From: a virus
Reading direction: 5' to 3' (one strand)
IMG/VR virus record: IMGVR_UViG_3300047160_002226
Span: 52,150 to 116,149 of that record
DNA length: 64,000 nt
Translations under genes and position numbers: made by a program
Notes under the pieces: model-generated
The model's input: only the letters and a program-made list of their open reading frames with translations
Database searches by the model: none
What the model was told of the DNA's origin: nothing
Shown: positions 1 through 9,112 of the stretch, piece after piece
How positions within the stretch are numbered: the first letter of the stretch is position 1
Layout: every line of letters starts with the position of its first letter

Positions 1-501
1 GACCTCTTCAACGGTGCAATCGGCGGCTCTGGCGCCTTCGACCGCAAGGTGCCTGATGGCATCTCGTTCACGGAGCACAAGCTCTCGTTCATCGACACCA
101 TCGTTGAGATGTCGAACGAGATCTTCCGTGTAACGCAGCGTGCGCACGCCAACTGGCTTGTCACTGGAATGCAGGGCGCGTCGATCATCGAAACGCTTCC
201 CACATTCAAGGCTGAGCCTGTTCCTGCTGGCGTCACGGGTCCTGTCCGTATCGGCGTCCTCAACGGTCGCTGGGCGGTCTACAAGGATCCGCAGATGGCC
301 GTCGAGCGGTTCCTCGTCGGTTACAAGGGCGGAACGTTCCTTGACGCGGGCTACGTCTATGCCCCGTTCATCCCGCTCTACGCAACGCCTACGGTCCTGC
401 TTGACGACTTCCTCGGTCGTAAGGGCCTGGCAACGCGCTTCGGCAAGAAGTTCATCAACGGTCGTTACTACTCAAAGGGCACGATCATCACGAGCGCGTA
501 A
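1..501 (+). CDS. Major capsid protein, T4 gp23-like (C-terminal part; 5' truncated by window)
   Basis: VGYKG...DAGYVYAPFIPL...KGLATRFG...RYY matches the gp23-family C-terminus; frame is open from position 1. Confidence 0.9.
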   Translation, partial: DLFNGAIGGSGAFDRKVPDGISFTEHKLSFIDTIVEMSNEIFRVTQRAHANWLVTGMQGASIIETLPTFKAEPVPAGVTGPVRIGVLNGRWAVYKDPQMAVERFLVGYKGGTFLDAGYVYAPFIPLYATPTVLLDDFLGRKGLATRFGKKFINGRYYSKGTIITSA

Positions 502-546
502 AGCAGCGTGAAGAAGTCTCAGCAGTAGTAGTGGGTCTAGGTGGGA

Positions 547-586
547 ACACCCAAGGGATCGTCAAGGTCCCTTGGGTGTCTCTCTG
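547..586 (+). terminator. Intrinsic terminator-like hairpin after capsid gene
   Basis: ACACCCAAGGGA (547-558) pairs perfectly with TCCCTTGGGTGT (568-579), followed by a pyrimidine run. Confidence 0.65.
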
Positions 587-589
587 TAC

Positions 590-1141
590 ATGGGAAATCG
601 GCTAGAGCGCTACTTCTCGAATCTCCCTGAGCGCGGCATGAAGCTGAATAAGCTTCTTATCGCTGGGAAGACGTTGTTGGATGACGAGATCTGGCTCTTG
701 GTCAAGGACTTTGAGTGCGAGCTAAGCGAAGTCTTCGTCAACCAAGAGACTATCCTTGAGAGAATAGGCTATAGGACGTTCTATTACTCTCAAAGTGATA
801 CATGGCTCAATGCAGATGACAGAACTGCTCTCATGGAGTTCATCGCTGACAAGGAGAAGGATTGGATCGGTTGTGCTGTAACTGGCTCATGTGACAAGTT
901 CGATAGACTTTTTACAGAGTCCGTTCTTGGTAGAGCCCACAACGGCTACTTCGTGCGTCACGTCATCGTTACTCTTGCACGAGCTGTTGTACATCCAGAG
1001 AGCTTCGACTATCTCAGAGCCCAACCATCTCTTGTAAAGCACGTCAAGCGAGTCGAATACTACCGTCTTCCTTGTGAGGAGATAGCGCATAGGTGGCTCC
1101 AGGGCCAGACCCTCGATCCAAGGCGCCTCTGCTGGAGATAG
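590..1141 (+). CDS. Hypothetical protein
   Basis: ORF with ATG at 590 just after the hairpin; no recognisable motif. Confidence 0.6.
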   Translation: MGNRLERYFSNLPERGMKLNKLLIAGKTLLDDEIWLLVKDFECELSEVFVNQETILERIGYRTFYYSQSDTWLNADDRTALMEFIADKEKDWIGCAVTGSCDKFDRLFTESVLGRAHNGYFVRHVIVTLARAVVHPESFDYLRAQPSLVKHVKRVEYYRLPCEEIAHRWLQGQTLDPRRLCWR

Positions 1142-1144
1142 CCC

Positions 1145-2584
1145 ATGTCAAACGTGATCCACCAGATGATCCAGGGCGTGCTCTCAGAGATGGCAGCTCG
1201 CAATAAGGATAAGGACATTGCCCTCGTTGCCAAGTGGTTCCTCCACAAGCACCAGAAGGGCGAAGATGCTATGTCACAAGCGGCTTTCGCTAAGAAAGCT
1301 GGCATAGATCAAGCTTCATTCAATCGTCTAGCGAAGATTCATCGTGACGATGCGCTTGCTTCGCTCCAAGGTAAGGGTCACGATGCACAAAAGGTTAAGG
1401 CGTCGATTACTCCAAAGTACCGCACAGGGCGCCCAAGCAGCAAATCAGATGAAGAATGGCACGATATCGTCGCAGACTTTAACCAGATGCGCGAGAAGGA
1501 TCCTGACTGGTCCTACTACGCGCACGCGAAAAGGCACAGTATCAGCTCTATCGACACGCTCAAAGCAAAGGTTGGCGAGCTGCTAGGTAAGATCAAAAAA
1601 GCTGGCGAAACGAAGCGCGCCAGGGTAGCAGGGCTCGCTAAGGCTCGCGACGTTCTAGCAACGAAGCGCGCCGCCAAGAAGAAGAAGCCAGATCCAGAGG
1701 TCTCCCTACCTCCTCCTAAGCATGAGATTCCTGAGCCTATTGTCATGGCGCCGCCACCAATTAGAGCGCCTATGTCACCTCATCCTTCGTTGCCACCTAC
1801 ACCGCATGTTGCGATGCCGCCAGAAACGCACATTGGAGCTGAATACGGTCTACTTGGCTTCGCTCCAACGGTAGGCACAAGTCTCAGGGGGCAGATCCAT
1901 CCACCAATCCACATGCAGCCACCAGCTCCCGTTCCAACGGTAGGAATGGCTCATCATCCTCCGCTTGAGGTCACGCATAAGGTTGATCCTCTTGCAACAC
2001 TTGATCTTTGGACGCGCCCATATAGCCACACTACGATAGAGGAGCCACGCGCACCAGAAGATGTCATAAGAGCCCATCTCCAGCAACCAGGACCAGAGCT
2101 TCCCCACCACGAGCCTTTGCGCAAGCAGCTTGCTAAGGTAACAGGTGAGAAAGCTCCTCTCCGTGGCTGGAAGTTTCCTGAGAGAAAGCCTCGTGTCCTT
2201 CTCATCGGTGGCACATCCAGTGTGCCTGAGTGGGCAAAGGATCGTTTTGAACTCCTTGTCATCGATGGTACAGCTTCGGGCCGTATGGAATCTTCGGCTT
2301 ACAACAAGATCTTGAAGTTCCATCCAGACCTCATTCTTAGTAACAAGCAGATACGTCCGACGCTAAGAGAGCCAGTCAAGACCGCCGCCGATTACATCGA
2401 CAAGCCTTACGTTCACTCGTTCCAAGGAAGCTGGTCACAGGCGTTTCACACGGCGGCTGATCGTTACCGCCTTGAGTGGGTCACTGCAGCATCAGAAGAG
2501 AACGAAAGTCTGAAAGACGCGATTTACGATGTCATCAAGAATGGCTCGATACACGGAGCTATCTCTGATATACTTCGATCATAG
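1145..2584 (+). CDS. Multidomain protein: HTH-like segments, Lys/Pro-rich linker, C-terminal Rossmann-like (DUF2325-like) domain
   Basis: MSQAAFAKKAGIDQASFNRL (HTH-like); Pro-rich middle; RVLLIGG...PDLIL alpha/beta domain. Confidence 0.6.
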   Translation: MSNVIHQMIQGVLSEMAARNKDKDIALVAKWFLHKHQKGEDAMSQAAFAKKAGIDQASFNRLAKIHRDDALASLQGKGHDAQKVKASITPKYRTGRPSSKSDEEWHDIVADFNQMREKDPDWSYYAHAKRHSISSIDTLKAKVGELLGKIKKAGETKRARVAGLAKARDVLATKRAAKKKKPDPEVSLPPPKHEIPEPIVMAPPPIRAPMSPHPSLPPTPHVAMPPETHIGAEYGLLGFAPTVGTSLRGQIHPPIHMQPPAPVPTVGMAHHPPLEVTHKVDPLATLDLWTRPYSHTTIEEPRAPEDVIRAHLQQPGPELPHHEPLRKQLAKVTGEKAPLRGWKFPERKPRVLLIGGTSSVPEWAKDRFELLVIDGTASGRMESSAYNKILKFHPDLILSNKQIRPTLREPVKTAADYIDKPYVHSFQGSWSQAFHTAADRYRLEWVTAASEENESLKDAIYDVIKNGSIHGAISDILRS

Positions 2585-2589
2585 AACCA

Positions 2590-2677
2590 AGTTCGGAGCA
2601 ACGTCTTCTTCTATGGCTGGTGAAGAGGGGAGTTCGCTCCGAACTGTAGATAACACCTACACCCCTCTTCCCCAGCC
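2590..2677 (+). ncRNA. Candidate structured intergenic RNA (pseudoknot or two-state switch)
   Basis: 2590-2599 pairs with 2636-2645 (10/10); 2615-2630 pairs with 2662-2677 (15/16); small hairpin 2645-2661. Confidence 0.5.
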
Positions 2678-2699
2678 CTACGGAATGGAGTTTTGATTT

Positions 2700-3173
2700 G
2701 TGATGACTGAAAAGACTGATACGGCGGCTGAACCTGAGTTCATCAATGCCACCAACACGAGGCTCATGCTTTCCACTGAGGGGAGAGCGACGTTCTGGCT
2801 GGATCCTGGCAAGACGGTGAAGGGTAAGCGCTACCGCGCTTTCATTCCGATAGGGCTCAAGGAGGTCAAGAGCGAGCCTTTTCCAGCAGCTCCAAAGCCG
2901 CCTCAAGCTGCGGCTAAGCCATCTCTGGAAGCTCTTTTGGCGAAGACAGCGGCAAAGGTGGAAGCCGTAAAGCCAGTGCAAAAGACTTCGCAGCAGAAGC
3001 GTGATGGAGAGCCAACGATCTCGAAGGCTTTGCCATCTGACGATGAGATTTCAACTCCAATCGTCTCTGACCCAACTAACTTCCCGTTTGCGTGTGATGC
3101 AGAAGGTTGCACCGAACGGTTTGGCTCTGCGAGTGGCCTCAAGAACCACAAGAGGCGACACGCGAGCAGCTAA
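2700..3173 (+). CDS. Protein with C-terminal classical C2H2 zinc finger
   Basis: FACDAEGCTERFGSASGLKNHKRRH fits F-x-C-x4-C-x3-F-x5-L-x2-H-x3-H. Confidence 0.75.
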   Translation: MMTEKTDTAAEPEFINATNTRLMLSTEGRATFWLDPGKTVKGKRYRAFIPIGLKEVKSEPFPAAPKPPQAAAKPSLEALLAKTAAKVEAVKPVQKTSQQKRDGEPTISKALPSDDEISTPIVSDPTNFPFACDAEGCTERFGSASGLKNHKRRHASS

Positions 3174-3185
3174 GGAAGCGTAGCG

Positions 3186-3914
3186 TTGTCACTCCAGTAC
3201 GAGGATGTAAGGAACTATGTGCGCCTCCGTCTCGGTTCTGGCTTCGTCCGAATCGAGCTGGAGGATAAGCACATTGACCTCGCTACCGACGAGGCGGTGA
3301 AGGTCTATGGGCGCTTCATCCCGCTCCTGCGCTTCAAGAAGATCCAACTTGTAGATGCCGATGAACCTTCGACTGATAACCCGACTGGTCGGGCCTATCC
3401 ACTCGATTCAGATATCACTGGCATCTACAAGATGGACTTCGTCTTCCGCCAGACCTCTCTGGCGGTAGTCGAAGACATCTTCCATCGCCGTTACTATGAG
3501 CCTATCCATGATATGGACTCGTATGCACGGTATCTTCACTACATAGATATGCTCAAGCGGGTTCTTTCAATTGAACCTGATTGGAGCTTCGACCGTACTG
3601 ATCCGCATAACCCAAAGGTATGGATCTGGGCACCTCGCCAGGCTCAGACTATCCTCGCTTGTGCTGTTTGTTACGTGAAACGTGGATTGCACCAGATACA
3701 ACCACTGCATGAGGACTGGATCGAGCGATACTCTCTGATGCAGTGCAAGGAAACACTGGCTCGTCCTCGTAGTAAGTGGCAGAACATCCCAGCTCCATCA
3801 GGTGGTCAACAGCTCGACGGCCAGATGCTCCTCTCAGAGTCGAAAGAGGAGAAGGCCGAACTCATGGCAGAGATCAAGTCGTGGCAAACGACTCTCCCGC
3901 CGATCTGGGGGTAA
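3186..3914 (+). CDS. Neck/head completion protein, T4 gp13-like
   Basis: YVRLRLG..VRIELEDKHID.A.DEA N-terminus and ARPRSKWQNIPAPSGGQQLDG..LLSE.KEE C-terminus typical of gp13. Confidence 0.85.
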   Translation: MSLQYEDVRNYVRLRLGSGFVRIELEDKHIDLATDEAVKVYGRFIPLLRFKKIQLVDADEPSTDNPTGRAYPLDSDITGIYKMDFVFRQTSLAVVEDIFHRRYYEPIHDMDSYARYLHYIDMLKRVLSIEPDWSFDRTDPHNPKVWIWAPRQAQTILACAVCYVKRGLHQIQPLHEDWIERYSLMQCKETLARPRSKWQNIPAPSGGQQLDGQMLLSESKEEKAELMAEIKSWQTTLPPIWG

Positions 3915-3917
3915 GCC

Positions 3918-4493
3918 ATGAACGAACCTTCTTTCGTCATCCCGCCCAATCCAGATGTGCCTTCGCCTCCTTGGGCGCAAGGTCTGTGGACTGGCGAAGG
4001 TCTGGAGACCACAGATCTAGAACAAGCGAAGCAGTTCCAAAGGGAACAGTTCGACCTGTTCTTCCCAAGACTCCCTATCAAGCGGCTCGACCGTAAGCGC
4101 ACACCTTTCGACCCTATCCGTGGCGAACCTCAGCTTAGGTACGGTCCCACAGGACGTGTGCTTCCGCCTGATCGGCAGAAGCGTTTCCTAGCTCCTATCT
4201 ACTATCCGACCTATCCTGACCACCATCCTCGTGAGAATACGCTCATAAAGTACGGGATGGATCACCCTCGCGATGCAGCGTTCACTTACCTCGACTTCGT
4301 TCTCAGGGCCAACAACGTGATCCTTGTGCCTGGTGATTTGATCGAGTGGGAGGGCCAAGACTTCGAGATCAAGGCGATACAAGCTCCTACGATGGCATAT
4401 TGGGTCAATACGCCATTTCATTTCTACTTCATTGCCTTCTGTGACCTCTACAGGACAGAGGGTAATCGTGTGGAGTCGTGGCGTGATCCGTGA
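3918..4493 (+). CDS. Putative head closure/neck protein (gp14-like)
   Basis: Position after gp13; DPIRGE, KYGMD, PGDLIEWEGQDFEI motifs. Confidence 0.6.
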   Translation: MNEPSFVIPPNPDVPSPPWAQGLWTGEGLETTDLEQAKQFQREQFDLFFPRLPIKRLDRKRTPFDPIRGEPQLRYGPTGRVLPPDRQKRFLAPIYYPTYPDHHPRENTLIKYGMDHPRDAAFTYLDFVLRANNVILVPGDLIEWEGQDFEIKAIQAPTMAYWVNTPFHFYFIAFCDLYRTEGNRVESWRDP

Positions 4494-4923
4494 GACTAGA
4501 GAAAAAGGAACGACTCCTGCCCAGGCCAAGCGCATGGCTGCTGGCGCTAAGAAGGGAATTGACAAGGAGTTCGAGAAAACCAAGAAGGGCGCTGAGCACG
4601 CTGCTCAGCGTCGGGCTGAAACATTCAAGAATGCGGTCATACAGAAGCTCCAGGCAGCGTCTACTTCTACAGGAACCTCAACGTCTCTTGGAGATGGGAT
4701 ACCTGCACTTATCGAGGCGCTAGAGGTTAAGCCGCAGCGTGTCCGAGGTATGACAGGCTTTGTAATTGGACTCAAGAACCCAAAGGCTATCGACAAGGAA
4801 ACAGGCAAGAGTCTTGAGACTATTGCTAAATCAATCGAATATGGAACCTCTGGGCAAAAACCCCTGTCACCGTGGCGGTGGGTCGCCCGTAGGATCGGAA
4901 CCATCAAAGACACAGGACGCTAA
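4483..4923 (+). CDS. Putative tail completion/virion morphogenesis protein (HK97 gp10-like)
   Basis: IAKSIEYGTSGQKPLSPWR resembles the A..EYGT...PARP motif; GTG start with GGAG upstream. Confidence 0.55.
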   Translation: MIRETREKGTTPAQAKRMAAGAKKGIDKEFEKTKKGAEHAAQRRAETFKNAVIQKLQAASTSTGTSTSLGDGIPALIEALEVKPQRVRGMTGFVIGLKNPKAIDKETGKSLETIAKSIEYGTSGQKPLSPWRWVARRIGTIKDTGR

Positions 4924-4955
4924 GAAGCCTGTCTTCTAGGTTGAAGGAGCTACTC

Positions 4956-5345
4956 ATGGCAAATCTCGTTGGAAACCCAAGCGCACCGCTCAGTGGCGTC
5001 CGTAAGCTCTCGTTGGGCTCGGAAGTTGCCGAAGACCAGATCCATGGCGAGGTCGATAGCACCAATCAGGCTCTTCTGAACATGATTGTTGCCGCCAATC
5101 CTGGCCTGGCTGGTTCAGGTGGCGCTGTGGCAATGGAGGCGTTCACTCTCGTCGCTGCTCAGACGGATGTCATCCTCTCCAGGGATGCCACAGCTCTCAT
5201 TGGCGTGATCGGCTTCTCGCCAGAACCAGGGGCCATCGTCGCCGCGCTCGGTATCACTGGAGCCACGATTGACGGCACGAACCATGCGAAGGTTGACCTT
5301 GCTGGTACTGTTACCGCAGGTCAGCTCCTAGTTCTCTACAAGTAA
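4956..5345 (+). CDS. Hypothetical virion structural protein
   Basis: AAGGAG RBS; Gly/Ala/Val-rich; lies within the neck module. Confidence 0.55.
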   Translation: MANLVGNPSAPLSGVRKLSLGSEVAEDQIHGEVDSTNQALLNMIVAANPGLAGSGGAVAMEAFTLVAAQTDVILSRDATALIGVIGFSPEPGAIVAALGITGATIDGTNHAKVDLAGTVTAGQLLVLYK

Positions 5346-5381
5346 GCGCAGAGAGCAAGCGCTTAGTGTCAAAGGTATCCT

Positions 5382-6224
5382 GTGGTCTTCGACGGAACGT
5401 GGTCAAATGACCCGACAATGCCTGGCGTACGCGCTGATCGGTATCTACCGAACACGCCAGATCAACTGGCAGCGTACGACCAGGCTTTGTTCTGTTGGCT
5501 TCGCAGGATGACTTTTGATTATGGTTCGGAAGGCCATCCAGTTATTGAGCCTCTTCGTGTAGTGAAGGCTACTCCTGAGCGGGCATTCGCTGAGCTTGCT
5601 TACAAGGAGAAGCTAGAGGACTACGAGACAAAGCAGGATCAACTACCTCTTCCATTGTGCTCATTTGTTCGCACGGATCTAACTCCAGATAAGTCGCGTT
5701 TCAGAGTTAGCAAGTTCCATGCGTCGTATACGAATCCGCCGAACATGCTTTATCCTCGTGCGTCTACAAAGGATGAGATTTACAGGGGATGCTATCCCCA
5801 GCCTTACAACCTCACATATCAGCTTGACTTTTGGGCTAGATACGAAGCCACAATTGACCAGATACGAGTGTGGCTAGCTCTTGCAGTTCGGTATCTGACT
5901 TATTTCTATCTGCCTGTGAACTTCTCTTCACTCCCAGGATTCGGTCGGTTCTTTCAGAACCAGAATGTGTATGTGACGTTTAGTGGTTTGCAAGACGCTT
6001 CTGACCTGGAACCTGGAGCAGAGCAGCGTATCGAGCGGGTGACATCGACTCTTGACGTTCAGGGCTGGTTCTTCTTCCCAGAAGAAACGCAGAAGACGGT
6101 TCTCGACGGAATTGTGGATGTCTCCATTACTACCGAGGTTGGTGTCGATCTCGATACGGTAGACCCTGCAACGCTTATCACAGAGCGCGTCGAGGTGAAG
6201 GCAGACGTAGCAGAAGGCAAATGA
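5382..6224 (+). CDS. Tail terminator/sheath stabiliser, T4 gp15-like
   Basis: ATPERAFA, LPLPLCSFVR, YPQPYNLTYQLDFWAR motifs; upstream of sheath. Confidence 0.7.
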   Translation: MVFDGTWSNDPTMPGVRADRYLPNTPDQLAAYDQALFCWLRRMTFDYGSEGHPVIEPLRVVKATPERAFAELAYKEKLEDYETKQDQLPLPLCSFVRTDLTPDKSRFRVSKFHASYTNPPNMLYPRASTKDEIYRGCYPQPYNLTYQLDFWARYEATIDQIRVWLALAVRYLTYFYLPVNFSSLPGFGRFFQNQNVYVTFSGLQDASDLEPGAEQRIERVTSTLDVQGWFFFPEETQKTVLDGIVDVSITTEVGVDLDTVDPATLITERVEVKADVAEGK

Positions 6225-6227
6225 GAA

Positions 6228-6416
6228 GTGAGTAACGCAGAGTACCATATTGATAAGGGGATCACTGTTATCGCCAAGCGGCTATATGAAGACGACTTCC
6301 CCGCTAACTTCACGATACTTTGCTTCAACTGTAACTGCGGAAAAGCTCGAAATAACGGCATAGGTCCGCGTCAAGTTGAAGCATTTTGCTCCTCTCACGA
6401 GGAAAACGGAGCCTAA
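6228..6416 (+). pseudogene. Truncated HNH homing-endonuclease remnant
   Basis: FPANFTILCFNCNCGK is the C-terminal half of a phage HNH; N-terminal CxxC is missing. Confidence 0.55.
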
Positions 6417-6418
6417 CT

Positions 6419-9070
6419 ATGGGTGGTGTCTTCGTTAGTCCAGGCGTATATGTTCTGGAACAAGATCTCTCGGATTACGTTCCCGCTCTAGCAAGCTCGA
6501 TCTTCGGAGTAGTTGGTGCTGCTTCGTGGGGTCCGATAAACGTACTCACCGATACCACGAATGAGAACTCGTTGGTCAATACCTTCGGTGCGCCAGCTCT
6601 TGGTGCTCTCGTAGATACGCAGCGTCTCATCTACAAGCCGCTCTATCCTGCGATCATCGCCATGATCCAGTATCTCCGTCAGGGACAACAGGGCAAGTTC
6701 GTCCGTGTCTCCGATGGAACGGATGCTCCTGCAACGGCGCAGCTCCCAGACAATGGAACGCCTGCCGTGGCAACAGGCACCATCGACGTTTCAGGTACGA
6801 AAGATCTCAGCGTCGATCACTTGGTCAACGTTTCGGTCAACGGTGGACCTCCAGTCCTGGTCGATCTTCGTCAAGGCGCCGTAGACGATACACAAGTCAC
6901 TGCAGCCGAGATGCTCACCGCTCTCCAGAACCAGCTCATCTCTCAGCCTGTGCTAGCTTCTCTCCAGACGGTCGGCGCAGCGAAGTACCTCGCTCTCACG
7001 ACAACGACTGGTGGCTCAACAAAGAGCATCGTCTTCACAGCACCTCCAGGTGGTGGTGCAACTCCAGCATCGCTAGATTCGGCTGCTGGTCCGTTCAACC
7101 TACAGTTCATCCCATCACCACAGCTCAGTCTCAAGATCGACGGTGGAGCCCAGCAGGACTTCGCGTTCACTGGTGTTAGCGCGAAAGCAACGACAAGTGT
7201 TGCTCCGTTCAATCTTGCACCGATTGGCGCTGTCAACCAGTCGTTCGCGGTTCAGGTGAAGTTGCCTGGTCAAACGGGCTTCTTCACGCAGCAGACGATC
7301 ACCTTCGATCCTCTGGCGACGAATTATACCTTTGCCAGCATGGCTGCAGCAACGAACCTTGAAACCGCTGCAGCTATCAATGCTCAAGCGGTTGGCTTCT
7401 ACGCAGAAGCTCCAACTTCTGGTCCAGACGCAGGCAAGGTCGTCATCGCCACGGATAAAGAGGGCTCTGGTGCGCAGCTCAATCTCATCAGCGGTTCTGC
7501 GCTCACCTCTCTCGGTCTCACGCCTGGTATCACGAATGGCACAGGCACCGTAGCGGACCTCTCTGCAGTGTCAACTGCAGATGTCGTAACTGTCGTTTCT
7601 GCCACGATCCTGAATGCGACATGCACGCTCGTCAGCAACCTCGCTGTTCTCACGACGGCGTCTGTCGGTGCGACCTCAGAGATCCAGATCCTCAACGGCT
7701 CTGGCATGTTCGCTGGGACGGTCTTCGGATCTGCTGCTTCCGCAACAGCGGATGCTACAGGTATCGTCTTCTTCTCTCCGCTTCCTCCGTATCCGATCAC
7801 TTACACAGGATCGGGTCCTCTTGGAACGGTTCTTGTCACAGCGCTCTACAGCGGCACACGTGGTAACACGATTGCCGTCAAGGTCGGGCCTGGCAAGCTG
7901 GTAGGTAACAAGTATACGGTCAACGTCAACGGTCTCGATGCTGAGGTCTTTGACAACGTCGTGCGTCTGCCAACTACGGGTCAGACTGACATCACGATGG
8001 TCGTCTCGTCGTGGATCACGTTGGCTGGACTCACGGGTCCTGGTACATCAACGAACAATCCAGCAACGGGCACCTATCCGCTTACGGGTGGCTCTGACGG
8101 TATGGCAGGGCTCAATGCAGGGTCCTACATCGGCTCGATCCAGGGCAACAAGATCACAGGGCTCCAGCTCTTCAAGGACGGCGATGCTGTTGACGTGAAC
8201 ATCCTCGCGGTTCCTGGCGACCTTGACAACGGAATCTATCCTGGTCAAGTCGGGTTCGTAGACGTTCTCGGCCCTGTCGAGGCAGCTCTAGACGAGATCT
8301 GCTCTGGACGCGGTGACTGTATGTTCGTCATCGACCCTCCGCTTGGTCTCCAGGTGGATAGTGGTGGCCTGACACCATCGGTCGTTGACTGGCATAACGG
8401 GCAGGCTGGCTACAACCATGCCGCCTTCAACACGAGCTACGGCGCAACCTACTGGTCGCACGTCGAGTGGTACGACAACTACTCGCAGGCGAACATCTGG
8501 GCATCGCCCTCTGGCTTCGCTGCGCAGGCGTATGCCTTCACGGACTTCAACGCAGACCCGTGGTTTGCACCCGCTGGCTACGTGCGCGGTGTCATCAAGG
8601 AAGGTCTGGCTGTCGAGCATTCGCCTGACCAGGGCCAGCGCGACAATATGTATAGCGGTGGCAACTCTGTCAACCCGATAGTCAATTTCCACTCTGCTGG
8701 CATCATCATCTTCGGTCAGCGCACGCTGCAGCGTCAGCCAACGGCGCTCGACCGTATCAATGTCCGTCGTCTGATGCTGTATCTGCGCAAGGTCATTGCA
8801 ACGTCTGTCAAGCGTCTTCTCTTCGAGCCGAATGATAAGGGAACATGGACGCGGTTCATCAACCTCGTTGAGCCGTTCATGCGGTCTGTTCAGGCGCGTC
8901 GTGGTGTCACGGACTTCAAGGTCATCATGGACGAGACAACGAACACGCCTGACGTTATCAATCGGAACGAGATGCACGGTCGAATCCTTCTCATCCCAAC
9001 CAAGGCTGCGGAGGTTCTCGTCATCGAGTTCACGCTGCTCCCAACAGGAGCAACGTTCGCTCAGGTGTAA
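6419..9070 (+). CDS. Contractile tail sheath protein with large insertion domains
   Basis: FVSPGVYVLEQDLS start; PWFAPAG, ALDRINVRRL, LFEPND, PTKAAE motifs. Confidence 0.95.
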   Translation: MGGVFVSPGVYVLEQDLSDYVPALASSIFGVVGAASWGPINVLTDTTNENSLVNTFGAPALGALVDTQRLIYKPLYPAIIAMIQYLRQGQQGKFVRVSDGTDAPATAQLPDNGTPAVATGTIDVSGTKDLSVDHLVNVSVNGGPPVLVDLRQGAVDDTQVTAAEMLTALQNQLISQPVLASLQTVGAAKYLALTTTTGGSTKSIVFTAPPGGGATPASLDSAAGPFNLQFIPSPQLSLKIDGGAQQDFAFTGVSAKATTSVAPFNLAPIGAVNQSFAVQVKLPGQTGFFTQQTITFDPLATNYTFASMAAATNLETAAAINAQAVGFYAEAPTSGPDAGKVVIATDKEGSGAQLNLISGSALTSLGLTPGITNGTGTVADLSAVSTADVVTVVSATILNATCTLVSNLAVLTTASVGATSEIQILNGSGMFAGTVFGSAASATADATGIVFFSPLPPYPITYTGSGPLGTVLVTALYSGTRGNTIAVKVGPGKLVGNKYTVNVNGLDAEVFDNVVRLPTTGQTDITMVVSSWITLAGLTGPGTSTNNPATGTYPLTGGSDGMAGLNAGSYIGSIQGNKITGLQLFKDGDAVDVNILAVPGDLDNGIYPGQVGFVDVLGPVEAALDEICSGRGDCMFVIDPPLGLQVDSGGLTPSVVDWHNGQAGYNHAAFNTSYGATYWSHVEWYDNYSQANIWASPSGFAAQAYAFTDFNADPWFAPAGYVRGVIKEGLAVEHSPDQGQRDNMYSGGNSVNPIVNFHSAGIIIFGQRTLQRQPTALDRINVRRLMLYLRKVIATSVKRLLFEPNDKGTWTRFINLVEPFMRSVQARRGVTDFKVIMDETTNTPDVINRNEMHGRILLIPTKAAEVLVIEFTLLPTGATFAQV

Positions 9071-9112
9071 TCAATCTATCGCCTCTACTAAGAGCGATAA
9101 GGGAGCATCACT

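Noticed and set aside
8288-8977. Long minus-strand ORFs (e.g. 8288-8977, 10769-11599, 28502-29128, 62567-63250)
   Set aside because: Antisense shadows of well-supported + strand genes caused by codon bias; no motifs.
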